DNA from: Candidatus Nomurabacteria bacterium
GTDB taxonomy: Bacteria; Patescibacteriota; Minisyncoccia; Phycocordibacterales; UBA918
DNA length: 64,000 nt
Assembly (NCBI GenBank): GCA_023898525.1
Contig: CP060227.1
Coordinates: 893,932 to 957,931 of the forward strand
Direction of reading: 5' to 3'
Shown: positions 1-9,900 of the stretch, in pieces
Numbering within the stretch: position 1 is the first letter of the stretch
Layout of the letters: the number at the start of each line of letters is the position of its first letter
Program-made: the position numbers and the translations under genes
The notes under the pieces: model-generated
Told to the model about the DNA's origin: nothing
The model's input: only the letters and a program-made list of their open reading frames with translations
Databases searched by the model: none

Positions 1-1
1 G

Positions 2-301
2 GTGGGCGAGAGGCGGGCTGAATATGACGTTAGAGCCATGGTAGAAAAATTGTATGAGACGCTACCAAGGCAGCAGTTTGTAACGAAAATTCAGGCGAAG
101 GTCAAAGGTAAGATAATTGCTTCTAAAACACTCTCAGCGCTTAAGAAAGATGTGACAGGGCACCTGTATGGAGGTGACATTACGCGTAAGATGAAACTGC
201 GTGAAAACCAAAAACGTGGCAAGAAGAAAATGCTTGAACGTGGAAAAGGTAAAGTAAATATACCGCAGGAAGTCTTTATGAAGATGGTGAAGAGTGAGTA
301 G
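2..301 (+). CDS. lepA: Elongation factor 4 (LepA), C-terminal fragment; 5' end lies outside the window
   Basis: C-terminal motif ...[32 protein letters not shown] matches the conserved LepA C-terminus. Confidence 0.75.
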   Translation: MGERRAEYDVRAMVEKLYETLPRQQFVTKIQAKVKGKIIASKTLSALKKDVTGHLYGGDITRKMKLRENQKRGKKKMLERGKGKVNIPQEVFMKMVKSE

Positions 302-453
302 GGACTGCGCTGCTGGTGAACATTTGACCGCTACCTGAAAAAACAAAGATCATACTAAGTATCAAAAGTACAGCGATGATTCCCCAGACCCACTTTATGA
401 CCCTCTTACCTCGTTTGGAAAAAAGTATACTCATAATGTTAGAATATTAGCAC

Positions 454-837
454 ATGTTTGATTTTCATCAAAAGCGAAAATTTAGAACGGTGCTAAACTC
501 TCGTGTTACTCAAGTGTTCATTTTTTTAGCGGCCATCCTTATTTTGTGGAGTGCCTATGACCGGTATTTGATTGCTAAGGAGATGTCGGAAAAGCGTCTA
601 GCGGTAGAAAAGGAATTATCTGACTTAAAAGATCGAAAGGATAATTTGGAGAAAGAAGTGGAGTATTTGTCCAGCGAGAGGGGGATCGAAGCGGAAATGC
701 GTCGCCAGTTTGATGTCGCTAGGGAAGGGGAACAGGTGGTGATAATTATGGATGACGATACTGCTACTACAGTCAGGCCTCTATCATCGACCAGTACCGA
801 TCAAGATAATAATCGACCTTGGTACAAATTTTGGTAA
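454..837 (+). CDS. Septum formation initiator (FtsB/DivIC-like) cell-division protein
   Basis: N-terminal single TM helix followed by a coiled-coil (EKELSDLKDRKDNLEKEVEYL); the size and layout are typical of FtsB/DivIC. Confidence 0.5.
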   Translation: MFDFHQKRKFRTVLNSRVTQVFIFLAAILILWSAYDRYLIAKEMSEKRLAVEKELSDLKDRKDNLEKEVEYLSSERGIEAEMRRQFDVAREGEQVVIIMDDDTATTVRPLSSTSTDQDNNRPWYKFW

Positions 838-896
838 TTTGATGGTATACTTAGCTTTACGTAGTTAAAAATAAGAAATAAAATAAAATATAAATT

Positions 897-1133
897 ATGG
901 ATAAAGCAGTAACTATATATACGACCCCGACTTGTCATTTTTGTCACGCCGCTAAAGATTTTTTTAAGGCTAATAATGTAGAATTTACCGAACATAATGT
1001 GGCTGCTGACCATGATAAAGCCAAAGAAATGGTGGATATGACTAATCAGATGGGAGTACCGGTAATAAAGATTGGTGATGATGTGGTTATTGGGTTTGAT
1101 GAAGGGAAAGTAAAGGAACTGCTTGGTCTGTAG
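897..1133 (+). CDS. Glutaredoxin/NrdH-like thiol-disulfide oxidoreductase
   Basis: 78 aa thioredoxin fold with a CHFC active-site motif near the N-terminus and a GVPVIKIGDD..IGF signature. Confidence 0.7.
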   Translation: MDKAVTIYTTPTCHFCHAAKDFFKANNVEFTEHNVAADHDKAKEMVDMTNQMGVPVIKIGDDVVIGFDEGKVKELLGL

Positions 1134-1177
1134 TAATTTATCTAAATTTAAGTAAGTGAACTTTGATAAAGTAGAAA

Positions 1178-1212
1178 GCAAAAGCCCCGCGCCGTAGGCG
1201 CGGGGCTTTTGC
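1178..1212. terminator. Rho-independent terminator, a perfect GC-core palindrome with a GTA loop
   Basis: gcaaaagccccgcgcc-gta-ggcgcggggcttttgc; the same core recurs at 45695, 47927 and (variant) 54763. Confidence 0.7.
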
Positions 1213-1265
1213 TTTCTTGACTGTTAAACAAAAAAAGAACCTACCTAAAAATGTTTTAGGTAGGG

Positions 1266-1694
1266 TTACCAGTTGAGTTTTTTTGTAACGAAGTCACGTA
1301 AATACATGAGGTTTCTAGCTCTTCTGTTACCTGAGTTTTCACTGTGCGTGATTTTTTTAATCAGAAGTTTTTTGCCGTATACTAAAAGTATATTTTGGTG
1401 TCTTAAAAGCCATTCTTTCACAACCATTTCGTCACATAATGTGTCACCCATTTGTATTTGATTTAATTCTCGAAATGCCTCTATTACATGAATAGTAGCT
1501 AATTCTGGAAATTTACTTTCTAAATCAGCAAGACACTCTTTTCTGGCTTGTGAAAAATTACTAAGATCTACTTTGTGTCCTGTCAAAAAAGTTAGTAATT
1601 CGTATGACTCTTGCAGGGCACGATCGTGAATTACGCCAAGTACTGCTACGTATGAAAATTCTCCTTCTTTATGCATAGAACTAACTCCTCCCAT
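1266..1694 (-). CDS. Hypothetical protein
   Basis: 142-aa ORF with no motif I recognise. Confidence 0.3.
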   Translation of the reverse strand: MGGVSSMHKEGEFSYVAVLGVIHDRALQESYELLTFLTGHKVDLSNFSQARKECLADLESKFPELATIHVIEAFRELNQIQMGDTLCDEMVVKEWLLRHQNILLVYGKKLLIKKITHSENSGNRRARNLMYLRDFVTKKLNW

Positions 1695-1826
1695 AAAGAA
1701 AATCTAATTTAAAAACAGTAAAACCCTGTAAATAATGACATAAATACCATTCAAAGTCAAATAGAAATTGGTTTGTAAATAAACGTAGACTGATTATTTC
1801 TAGCTGGTACAATATCCTCTAACAGC

Positions 1827-4214
1827 ATGACTAACTTCCTGCGTGACAACTTATATCTAATCGCTGTTTTTATCACAGGTGCCTGTGTGTTGGTGGTAGA
1901 AGTTGTAGCGGTTAGAGTATTGTCGCCTTACTATGGGAATACTATTTACACTGTCTCCAGCATTATCAGCGTTATTCTAGCGGCTTTGAGTATTGGTTAT
2001 TATGTGGGAGGAAAATTTGCCGACAAGCATCCATCACCATACTGGTTCTTTCGCATTATTCTAGTTAGTGGTGTGGCTATTTTGGCTTTGCATTTATTGG
2101 GTATGCTGCTACTTCCACTGTTGAGTATCGGTTTGTCGTTGGCTAGTGGACCTTTGGTATCATCTCTCTTACTATTTTTTCTGCCAGCACTTCTTTTAGG
2201 TACCCTTTCACCATATGCCATAAAGCTGCAGAGTCTTAGATTACCAGACCAGGGTATTGGTGGAGTATCGGGAAAAATATTTTTCTGGTCGACGCTGGGG
2301 AGTATTATCGGCAGTCTTCTGGCTGGATTTGTTTTAATTCCGAAATTTGGTATTGATCATATTTTTATTGGTACTGGTTTGGTTCTATTTTGTCTTGGTT
2401 TAATACCATTAATATCTTTGGGTTATGCCCGAGAAAAGGTGGCTGCAGTTTTATTGTCTGTATTTATTATTATCCCAGCTATTATTTTTGGTTCACAGCT
2501 GTTTAGCGACGGGTTTATATATCAAAAAGATGGTATTTATGAAAAAATTACGATCTATGACGGTGAATATGAAGGTCGTCAGACTAGGTTCTTTCTTCAA
2601 GATAGAAGTGCCTCCGGAGCTATGTTCTTAGATGAAGCTGACCCAACCGATTTAGTTTTTAACTACACAAAGTATTATGACTTATACAAATTATTTAAAC
2701 CGGAACTAAAAAACGCGTTAATTATTGGCGGTGGGGCTTATTCAATACCAAAAGCTTTACTTTATGAGGCTCCAGCGGTCAATGTTGATGTGGCTGAAAT
2801 TGAACCAGCTTTGTTTGAATTGGCTAAGGAATATTTTGGGCTGGACGACAACCCTCGCTTAACTACTTATAGTGAAGATGGTCGAAGACTTCTTTTTGAT
2901 AGTAATAAGAAATATGATTTGATTTTTAGTGACGTGTATTATTCACTATATTCAATTCCTGCCCACTTTACGACGCAGGAATTTTTTACAATTGCCAAAG
3001 ACCGTATGTCTGAAAATGGAGTATTTATGGCAAATTTGATTGGTAGCTTATCAAGACAACAGCCGTCGTTAATTTTCTCAGAAATTAGAACCTTTCAAAC
3101 TGTATTTCCTAATAGTTATTTTTTTGCAACTACTGACTCCGTAAGTATCGGGGTTCAAAATATTATAATGGTTGGTGTAAATGGTGATAAGAACTTGGAT
3201 TGGAAGCAGGAGGGTGTTGAGACTGTCTATAATTACAGCGACTTGTCAGATAAGATTATAAACCTAGACCGCTTTGATTTATCAAAGTATACGATTATGA
3301 CCGATAATTATGCGCCGGTCGAATACCTGACTACTGCAGTCCTGAAAAGAGCTGGAGACGAAGATGGTTTAGTCGACGGTGAGGAAGTATTAGCTTTGAT
3401 CAAAGAACAGCTAGACTACGGCCCTCGTTATATTGGGTCATCGGGACACGATGAAGTTGAGAAAATGATCCTGGCTGAGCTTGGTGAACACACTGACAAG
3501 ATTTTGGCTCAGACTTGGGATTACGTTGGTTCTGATCAGAAAGAATATGAGCTTAAGAATATTATTGGGCAACTTAATCCAGATTCGAAGAAACGTATCA
3601 TTTTAGGATCCCATTATGATAGTAAGCGTTTGGCTGATAAAGATCTGTTTCATCCTGAGGCTCCGGTACCTGGAGCTAATGACTCGGCTTCAGGGGTGGG
3701 GGTTTTGCTCGAGTTGGCAAGGTTGCTAAATAATGCTTCCACTACAGTCGGAATAGATTTTGTTTTGTTTGATGGGGAAGAGGGTGATCCTTGGCAGGAT
3801 GGTGATTACCAGGACTGGAAGCCTCTTGGCTCTACTTATTTTGCTGACAACCTTGAGGCTGTCTATGCTGAAGAGTCTTTACCAAAAATGTCTATCGTAC
3901 TGGATATGGTGTGTGATAGCGATCTTAATATACATAGAGAAGGGTTGTCTATGAAATACGCTCCGAAGGAGACTAATAAATTTTGGCAATTGGCTAATAA
4001 TCTAAGTCCTGGTGTATTTGTAGATAAGATGGAACTGGATGTCTATGATGACCACGTACCTTTAAATCTGGCTGGAATTCCAAGTGTTTTGTTGATTGAT
4101 TACCATTTTCCTTATCATCACACAACTAAAGATACTTTAGATAAATGTAGCGCTGGAAGTCTAGAAACGGTAACCGAAGCAGTGCTTACTTTTGTGCGGA
4201 GTTTGGAGGAGTAA
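1827..4214 (+). CDS. Fusion protein: N-terminal polytopic membrane domain plus spermidine-synthase-like domain, C-terminal M28 family (aminopeptidase) domain
   Basis: About 6 TM helices at the N-terminus, then a spermidine synthase-like Rossmann region (LIIGGGAYSIPKALLYE..VDVAEIEP). The C-terminal part carries M28 peptidase signatures (ILGSHYDS, GANDSASGVGVLLELAR, FVLFDGEEG). Confidence 0.6.
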   Translation: MTNFLRDNLYLIAVFITGACVLVVEVVAVRVLSPYYGNTIYTVSSIISVILAALSIGYYVGGKFADKHPSPYWFFRIILVSGVAILALHLLGMLLLPLLSIGLSLASGPLVSSLLLFFLPALLLGTLSPYAIKLQSLRLPDQGIGGVSGKIFFWSTLGSIIGSLLAGFVLIPKFGIDHIFIGTGLVLFCLGLIPLISLGYAREKVAAVLLSVFIIIPAIIFGSQLFSDGFIYQKDGIYEKITIYDGEYEGRQTRFFLQDRSASGAMFLDEADPTDLVFNYTKYYDLYKLFKPELKNALIIGGGAYSIPKALLYEAPAVNVDVAEIEPALFELAKEYFGLDDNPRLTTYSEDGRRLLFDSNKKYDLIFSDVYYSLYSIPAHFTTQEFFTIAKDRMSENGVFMANLIGSLSRQQPSLIFSEIRTFQTVFPNSYFFATTDSVSIGVQNIIMVGVNGDKNLDWKQEGVETVYNYSDLSDKIINLDRFDLSKYTIMTDNYAPVEYLTTAVLKRAGDEDGLVDGEEVLALIKEQLDYGPRYIGSSGHDEVEKMILAELGEHTDKILAQTWDYVGSDQKEYELKNIIGQLNPDSKKRIILGSHYDSKRLADKDLFHPEAPVPGANDSASGVGVLLELARLLNNASTTVGIDFVLFDGEEGDPWQDGDYQDWKPLGSTYFADNLEAVYAEESLPKMSIVLDMVCDSDLNIHREGLSMKYAPKETNKFWQLANNLSPGVFVDKMELDVYDDHVPLNLAGIPSVLLIDYHFPYHHTTKDTLDKCSAGSLETVTEAVLTFVRSLEE

Positions 4215-4587
4215 TTTTACAGACTTTGCGCCTGCCTCAGACACCAGAAACTAGCTAAACGCTAGTTTACTCTGGTGCCTTCGGCAGGAACCCTCTCCGA
4301 GCCGGGGAAACTGTCGTGCCGTCACACATTCAGTTTCCCTTCGATTCCTGACAAAAGCAAAACGGTTTGCTTTCTCCGAAGGCACATTTAAAAAGCGTTT
4401 TTTTGGCGCAGGTTACTAATTCGCTGACGCTCATAAGTACCTGCTGCCCCAGCTCGCCTAATTTTACGCTAGGAAAGGCGCAAAATGTATGGCTCCGCTT
4501 CACAAACAAGCACGAAAGCAAAGCAGTTTGCTTTCTAAAACAAAAAAGCTTATCCGTCCGAATAAGCTTTTTTGTTTTACTTGTTTG

Positions 4588-4660
4588 TGCCTTCGGCAGG
4601 AATCGAACCCACATTTCCTCCTTAGGACGGAGTAGTTCTATCCATTGAACTACGAAGGCA
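4588..4660 (-). tRNA. tRNA-Arg (anticodon CCT)
   Basis: Reverse complement TGCCTTCGTAGTTCAATGGATAGAACTACTCCGTCCTAAGGAGGAAATGTGGGTTCGATTCCTGCCGAAGGCA folds as a cloverleaf (7-bp acceptor, D arm AGTT/AACT, anticodon loop GTCCTAA, T arm GTGGG/TTCGATT/CCTGC). No CCA is encoded. Confidence 0.8.
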
Positions 4661-4742
4661 ATATAACAATATTAATTAGTGGCTATACTCTAACATAATT
4701 TGTGAAAATCAGTAGTCTCTTGGTATACTTTAAATATATTTT

Positions 4743-5033
4743 ATGTATCAAGATGATAATGGTGAAATAAAGGAATTGTTGAAAGAAAATCAGCGTCTAC
4801 TGATTGAAAATAATCAACTTCTTCACAAGATGCGGCGACATTCGATTATTGGAGCAGTTTTTCGATTGCTTTGGTTTGTATTTGTAATCGGTATTATTTT
4901 GTATGGATATTACCATTATGTAAAACCAAATTGGGAAAATCTAACTTCCAAGATCAGTGAATTAGAACAAGCTTCAAAAGAAGTGGGGGAAGCTAAAGAA
5001 TGGTTTAATTCCCTCAACTTACGAGCCAGGTAA
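4743..5033 (+). CDS. Hypothetical small membrane protein
   Basis: 96 aa with one strongly hydrophobic helix (IIGAVFRLLWFVFVIGIILYGYY) flanked by charged coiled segments. Confidence 0.35.
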   Translation: MYQDDNGEIKELLKENQRLLIENNQLLHKMRRHSIIGAVFRLLWFVFVIGIILYGYYHYVKPNWENLTSKISELEQASKEVGEAKEWFNSLNLRAR

Positions 5034-5116
5034 GTAAAAAGGTGCACAGGAAACCAGAAATTTAGACGGTTGAAATAAAGCTTCAAACAGGTTAGAATAC
5101 CCTCACCTAAATAAAT

Positions 5117-5189
5117 GCTTGGGTAGCTCAGTTGGTAGAGCGCTTCCCTGAAGAGGAAGATGTCGTCGGTTCGAGCCCGACCCCAAGCA
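5117..5189 (+). tRNA. tRNA-Phe (anticodon GAA)
   Basis: GCTTGGGTAGCTCAGTTGGTAGAGCGCTTCCCTGAAGAGGAAGATGTCGTCGGTTCGAGCCCGACCCCAAGCA forms a canonical cloverleaf with anticodon loop CTGAAGA. Confidence 0.9.
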
Positions 5190-5242
5190 CTGGTATATAA
5201 AAAGTCTCTATATAGAGACTTTTTATATACCAGTGCTTGGGG
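5181..5242. repeat. 62-nt perfect palindrome that incorporates the 3' acceptor strand of tRNA-Phe
   Basis: ccccaagcactggtatataaaaagtctctat | atagagactttttatataccagtgcttgggg; the arms are exact reverse complements. Confidence 0.85.
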
Positions 5243-5632
5243 AGGAAAGTGTTAATACACTTTCCGTTCGGGCTCGAAAAGCGCAGTCATGTCGCACGGA
5301 GCGGAGCGAGTACGACAGACGAGCTGGGGTCGAGAACACTTAGTAGATTTGGAGTCGAAGACGAACAAATATACTTAGTGATTCGTGACCGAGCCCGACC
5401 CCAAGCACACTTAAAAATCCCCGTTTAGGGGTTTTTGTGTACTTGGGGTAGTAAGGCACCTTCGTGCCTTACGTCGGGCTCGCACCACAAGAGTATTTCC
5501 ATTTTTATACCCAAAGGGCACAAGTATTCCTTTCAGTCATTAAAAATTAGGTCAACCAGCGGAACAATGTGAGGAGTTTACGACGAACGAGTGAGCTACA
5601 TTAATTTTTAGCGATTTTCTCAATTGTAGATT

Positions 5633-6163
5633 TTATTTCCCACCGTTTATATTACTCTTAACCCTCAACTGTGTACTTCGATGCTTATCAAGCTTAGGTA
5701 AACGAATTTCCAGCAAACCATGCTTTTCTTGAGCCTCTGATTCATCAATAATGACTTCTTCAGGTAATACTAGAGTTCTTGAAAAACTCCCCCAGAATAA
5801 CTCGCGGTGAAAGTAATTGTCGTCGTTGGTTTCTTGATATTCTTCACGGATGCCACGAATGGTTACCATGTCACGGGTTATAGAGATGTCTAAGTCGGAA
5901 GGACTGACTCCAGCTACTAATGCTCGAATAATGATTGCATCGTTAGTCTGGTACATATCTACCGGTAGTTCACCTTCTTGAGGGGTGTGGTCTTGGGTAT
6001 TTTCCTCTTGCCAATCGCTGTCTGTTTCATAAGGGGAATCGTCGTCGCTTTCGGTGTCTTCATCGCCAAAATGATGCTCTTCATCTAAAATACGATCATA
6101 ATCGCTATCATCATCTCTGGAGGTAGAGCCAGTTAGTCGTTCTAAAAAAGAAGGTTTTTTCAT
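5633..6163 (-). CDS. Hsp20/alpha-crystallin family small heat-shock protein with an acidic N-terminal extension
   Basis: ACD-like core (DMYQTNDAIIIRALVAGVSPSDLDISI..., GLLEIRLPK) and a D/E-rich N-terminal region. Confidence 0.7.
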   Translation of the reverse strand: MKKPSFLERLTGSTSRDDDSDYDRILDEEHHFGDEDTESDDDSPYETDSDWQEENTQDHTPQEGELPVDMYQTNDAIIIRALVAGVSPSDLDISITRDMVTIRGIREEYQETNDDNYFHRELFWGSFSRTLVLPEEVIIDESEAQEKHGLLEIRLPKLDKHRSTQLRVKSNINGGK

Positions 6164-6873
6164 ATACGTTTACGTGAAGATGGTTTTTTGGTTGATTCGA
6201 GTAATTTGATCTTTTCAAACAGCAGGAATAGCATGATTATGCCCATCCAGACAAAAAGGAAGATGATCAGTATTCCTTCGCCACTTGACTCCATTATAAA
6301 AAAGTTAAACAAGGCATGCAATAAGACAGCAATGAATAACCCAACTGTACCGTAGATGAGTTTTGTAGAAGCTGATTTGTAGAAAGCGAGGGCGAGAAGG
6401 ACTCCAATGGTGGCTGATGATAGAACGTGAAGTAGGGTAGAGCCAAGGAAGCGAAAAGAACCGGTGATGGCGGCAGTACTGTACTCACCATTAGTAAGAG
6501 GGTTTAGTATAAATAAAGTATTTTCCAAGGCAGCAAAACCAAGGGCAATTGTAATCATGTAGATGATTGGATCAATGGCTTCATCGACAGCCTTGTTCCA
6601 TAGTATGACAAATAATGCTGCTACATACTTAAGTACTTCTTCAATTATTACCCAAACAAACATAACGTTAGAGCCATCGTATAAGTCGATAGCCATTTTT
6701 TGGAGGGGTAAAACTAAGGGTACTACCGCCATACCGGCAATAAATGAGATAGCTATTAGCAGGTAAGGCTCAGGGTGTTTATTGTCTTCCCGTAACCAAA
6801 ACCAGAGCCAAAATAATGCTGGAATCAAGCCAAATAAGAAGGCAACAGCAAAATCAGTGGAACTTATATCCAT
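6160..6873 (-). CDS. PrsW-family intramembrane protease
   Basis: Polytopic membrane protein with IIEEVLKYV, GFAALEN and HxxF motifs characteristic of PrsW/CPBP-type proteases. Confidence 0.55.
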   Translation of the reverse strand: MDISSTDFAVAFLFGLIPALFWLWFWLREDNKHPEPYLLIAISFIAGMAVVPLVLPLQKMAIDLYDGSNVMFVWVIIEEVLKYVAALFVILWNKAVDEAIDPIIYMITIALGFAALENTLFILNPLTNGEYSTAAITGSFRFLGSTLLHVLSSATIGVLLALAFYKSASTKLIYGTVGLFIAVLLHALFNFFIMESSGEGILIIFLFVWMGIIMLFLLFEKIKLLESTKKPSSRKRI

Positions 6874-6949
6874 TTTAATATTGTACCAGTTTTAAAATCG
6901 GTAATTTTTATAGTAGGGGATTATTTTGTTGCAGGTACTGAATTCCGAC

Positions 6950-9900
6950 TTAGTAGTCTAGGTAAGCAGTGTGGCTTTGGTTAAACAATCTCAGCCAGTT
7001 ACCATAGCGGTCATAGACAGCCGCTTGTTCTATTGGTGGAAGGGTAAGGTTTAGAATTGAAGTTGGGTAAACTTTGGTGGCGATTGATTCGTTAACTGGA
7101 TTTTGTTCTGCTAAATCTTCTTCGGGGGTTGATACTGGTCCGGAAAATAGCCAGTCAGTAACATCAATTTGGTTTTTGTTAATACGGAAGAAGTCTATTT
7201 CTTGTTGTTGATCGGGGGTAAGAGGGAACTTGGTGATGTTACCACACATGATCTCGTTAATCGTCTTTTGGGTTGTAATATAAACGTAGCCTGAACTTCT
7301 TGTCATACCCCAAGGGATTAAGATATCTTCTTTATATTGTTGTTGAAACTCGGCAACAGCAACTCTGGTTGCATCATCAAAGACTCCTGTTATCAGTACA
7401 TTATCCGAAATATGACTTTTGAGGAATTGTTGGAGTTTGATGACTTCTTCGGTGTTATTTACTTTGTTCTGCCTTAAATAGGTTGTGATATACGGGTCGC
7501 AGGTTGATACTGTAGTGTTGAGACCAAGTAGTTCCGCCTCAGCTAAGCTGCCGATCATTAATTTATGCTCAACTGGAGTACTTTCATAGAGGGTTCGGTA
7601 CTTTGGTTGTTTGGTACCATGAACACCGATTAGTTGAGCGGTATTGGTAAATACTCCAGTTGCTCCTTCTGGGATTATAATAGAGTAGTCAATAGTTATT
7701 TCTTCACCATTTTTGATCGTGTCTAGAGGCCAAGATTGTTCGCTTAAGACATTTCCTTCTTCATCTCGTAGAACATCAACCAAAAGTGAGTCAAAGAGTG
7801 GTCCACCAAGACTGTGTAGCTTTACTGTGTAATTTACGGTATCACCAGGTGCGACAAAAGCTTTGTCAGCACTTTTGGCAACAGAGAACTTAGCTGCAAA
7901 GGTTTTGCTTGGACCTTCGTGTTGTTTTTGCTTCTCACCAACGTAAAGCAAGAGAGAGTCCTCATTGTCGGTATCGTTAGCGTCGGGTTGGTCGCCATAG
8001 ACCCTTGAACTTAGGGGTAATGGTAGACGGTCATTAAGGCCGAAAGTTTCATGGGTTCTGGTGTGGACTGTGAACTCTCGAGTCTCGCCTGGTTCTATAT
8101 CGCCAATTGCCCAATGTGTCTGGTTGTCGATATCGTCAGCATCTACTGGTGAGTCTGTAAAGTACAGGGAATTAAGGGGGAATTTGTTCTCTACAATCAC
8201 GTTCCTAGCTACTGTGTCACCTCCGTTAAAGATAGTATATTTGTAATCAATCTGGGAGCCGGGTTTTACCTGGCTCCGATAGCCAGTGTTGGCTTCTAGT
8301 CCGAGCCATAGATCGGGTTGACCAAAGGCTAGATTACCACTCCAATTTCCGTAGATATTAAAGATAAGATTGGCCCAGTTACTACCAATTACATTGGTGT
8401 TCGCAACATTGACGATCGTGCTGTTGGCGTATGCGTCTCCGGTTTCAATAGTACCAGTCTCACTATCGTTGATTTGATTGTCACCGGTTAGAGCGTAAAC
8501 ATGAACATTGTTGGCAATGGTGGCATTGTTGGTTATTTTTCCGGCTGATGAAGCCGCTCCGGGTTGGCTGTTTGGGGCGTAATATAACCTTATACCTTCA
8601 CCAGTGTTTTCCCACTGCATGCCTTCCGGTAAGCCAAATATTTCACCGCTCCAAGTACCATGTACGCGAATTAGCATACTGAAAGAATTAGTATTTAGAA
8701 GGTTTTGATTGATTAGGTTGTCGGTGTGTGAGATAGCTTGAGCATTACCGGTGGTTATGCTGGCCTCTTCGGTTGAGGAAGTGGTGTTGTCGCCGGTATT
8801 GGCTATAGTGGTTACATCATTAGTTACGCTGGCGGTGTTACTAATTTCGTATGAGCTAGCTCCACCTGTATTATTGGCAAATAAAGAAGTAAAGAAGTCA
8901 CTGTTTGGCAGAACCAAAGACCCGGCCAAGTCAGCAAAGTTATCAAAGGTAAGGAGTAGGTAGTTAGAATCAATAATATTAGTGTTAGCCAAGTTTACGA
9001 TATTAGCACTGGCATAAGCGGTACCAGTGTCTATGCTACCATTGTCTCCACTACTACTGTTGCCGCCAGTATTGGCGATGACGTCTATGTTGTTGTTTAT
9101 ATTAACGTCATTCATTATGTCTACCAATAAGGAGGCAGGGTCACATATGTCATAGGCACAGGAGGGTGAGCTTTCGGCTGTTTTAAATGACTTAAAGATA
9201 TCGTAGAAGTTACTGCGTAAATCAAAGTTCTGATAACCCAATACGTTACGAATAAAATCAATCAAGCCGGTTGAGTTGATGATATTGGTATTTACAACAT
9301 TAACTAAGTCTACGTACGAGACAGCATCACCAGTGTTGATTTCAAAGTTACCGCTTTCGGTAGTGTTACCGCCGGTATTGGCTGAGCTGGTGGCGGTGTT
9401 GCTGCTGGTGGCCGAGTTGGTCAAATCTACTTCTACCACAGTTTCGTCTGTATCGGTGTCTTCAGGATCTTCAATTACCGGATCAGATGAGGTTGAGGTA
9501 GTGCTAGCGGTAGGCGTAGCGGGTATTTCTACTTGATCAGTACTGGTTGCGTTTTGATGAACTTCCTCTCCTCCTTCTTCTGTAGTATTTTCTGTGGTTG
9601 TTGCTGCAAGGGTGGTTGAGGTGTTTATATCGACAGAGCTGGTAGCATTTTCGTTAGTTTTTTCTTCACTATCGGTGCTGTCTGTAGTGCTGGCGGTTTC
9701 AGTATCTTCTGCCACGTCTATAATAGTGTCTGTCTCGTCCATGGTGTCTTCTTGGTCAGAGGGTTCCTCTTCTGTGTTTGCTTCCACCACGTTGGTGTTT
9801 ATTTCTGATTCCAGCTTAAGACCTGACACGGCATCGCCGGTGTCAATTTGTGTTTCATCTACCGGTGTCGAAGTCTGTTCTTCTGCGACCGGTGCTGGCT

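Noticed and set aside
4215-4590. Possible tmRNA (ssrA) in the hairpin-rich gap next to tRNA-Arg
   Set aside because: No tag-peptide reading frame ending in an ...ALAA-like sequence was found. The tRNA-like pieces are copies of tRNA-Arg rather than an alanine-type acceptor, and no CCA is encoded. It is more consistent with tRNA-derived repeats and terminators.
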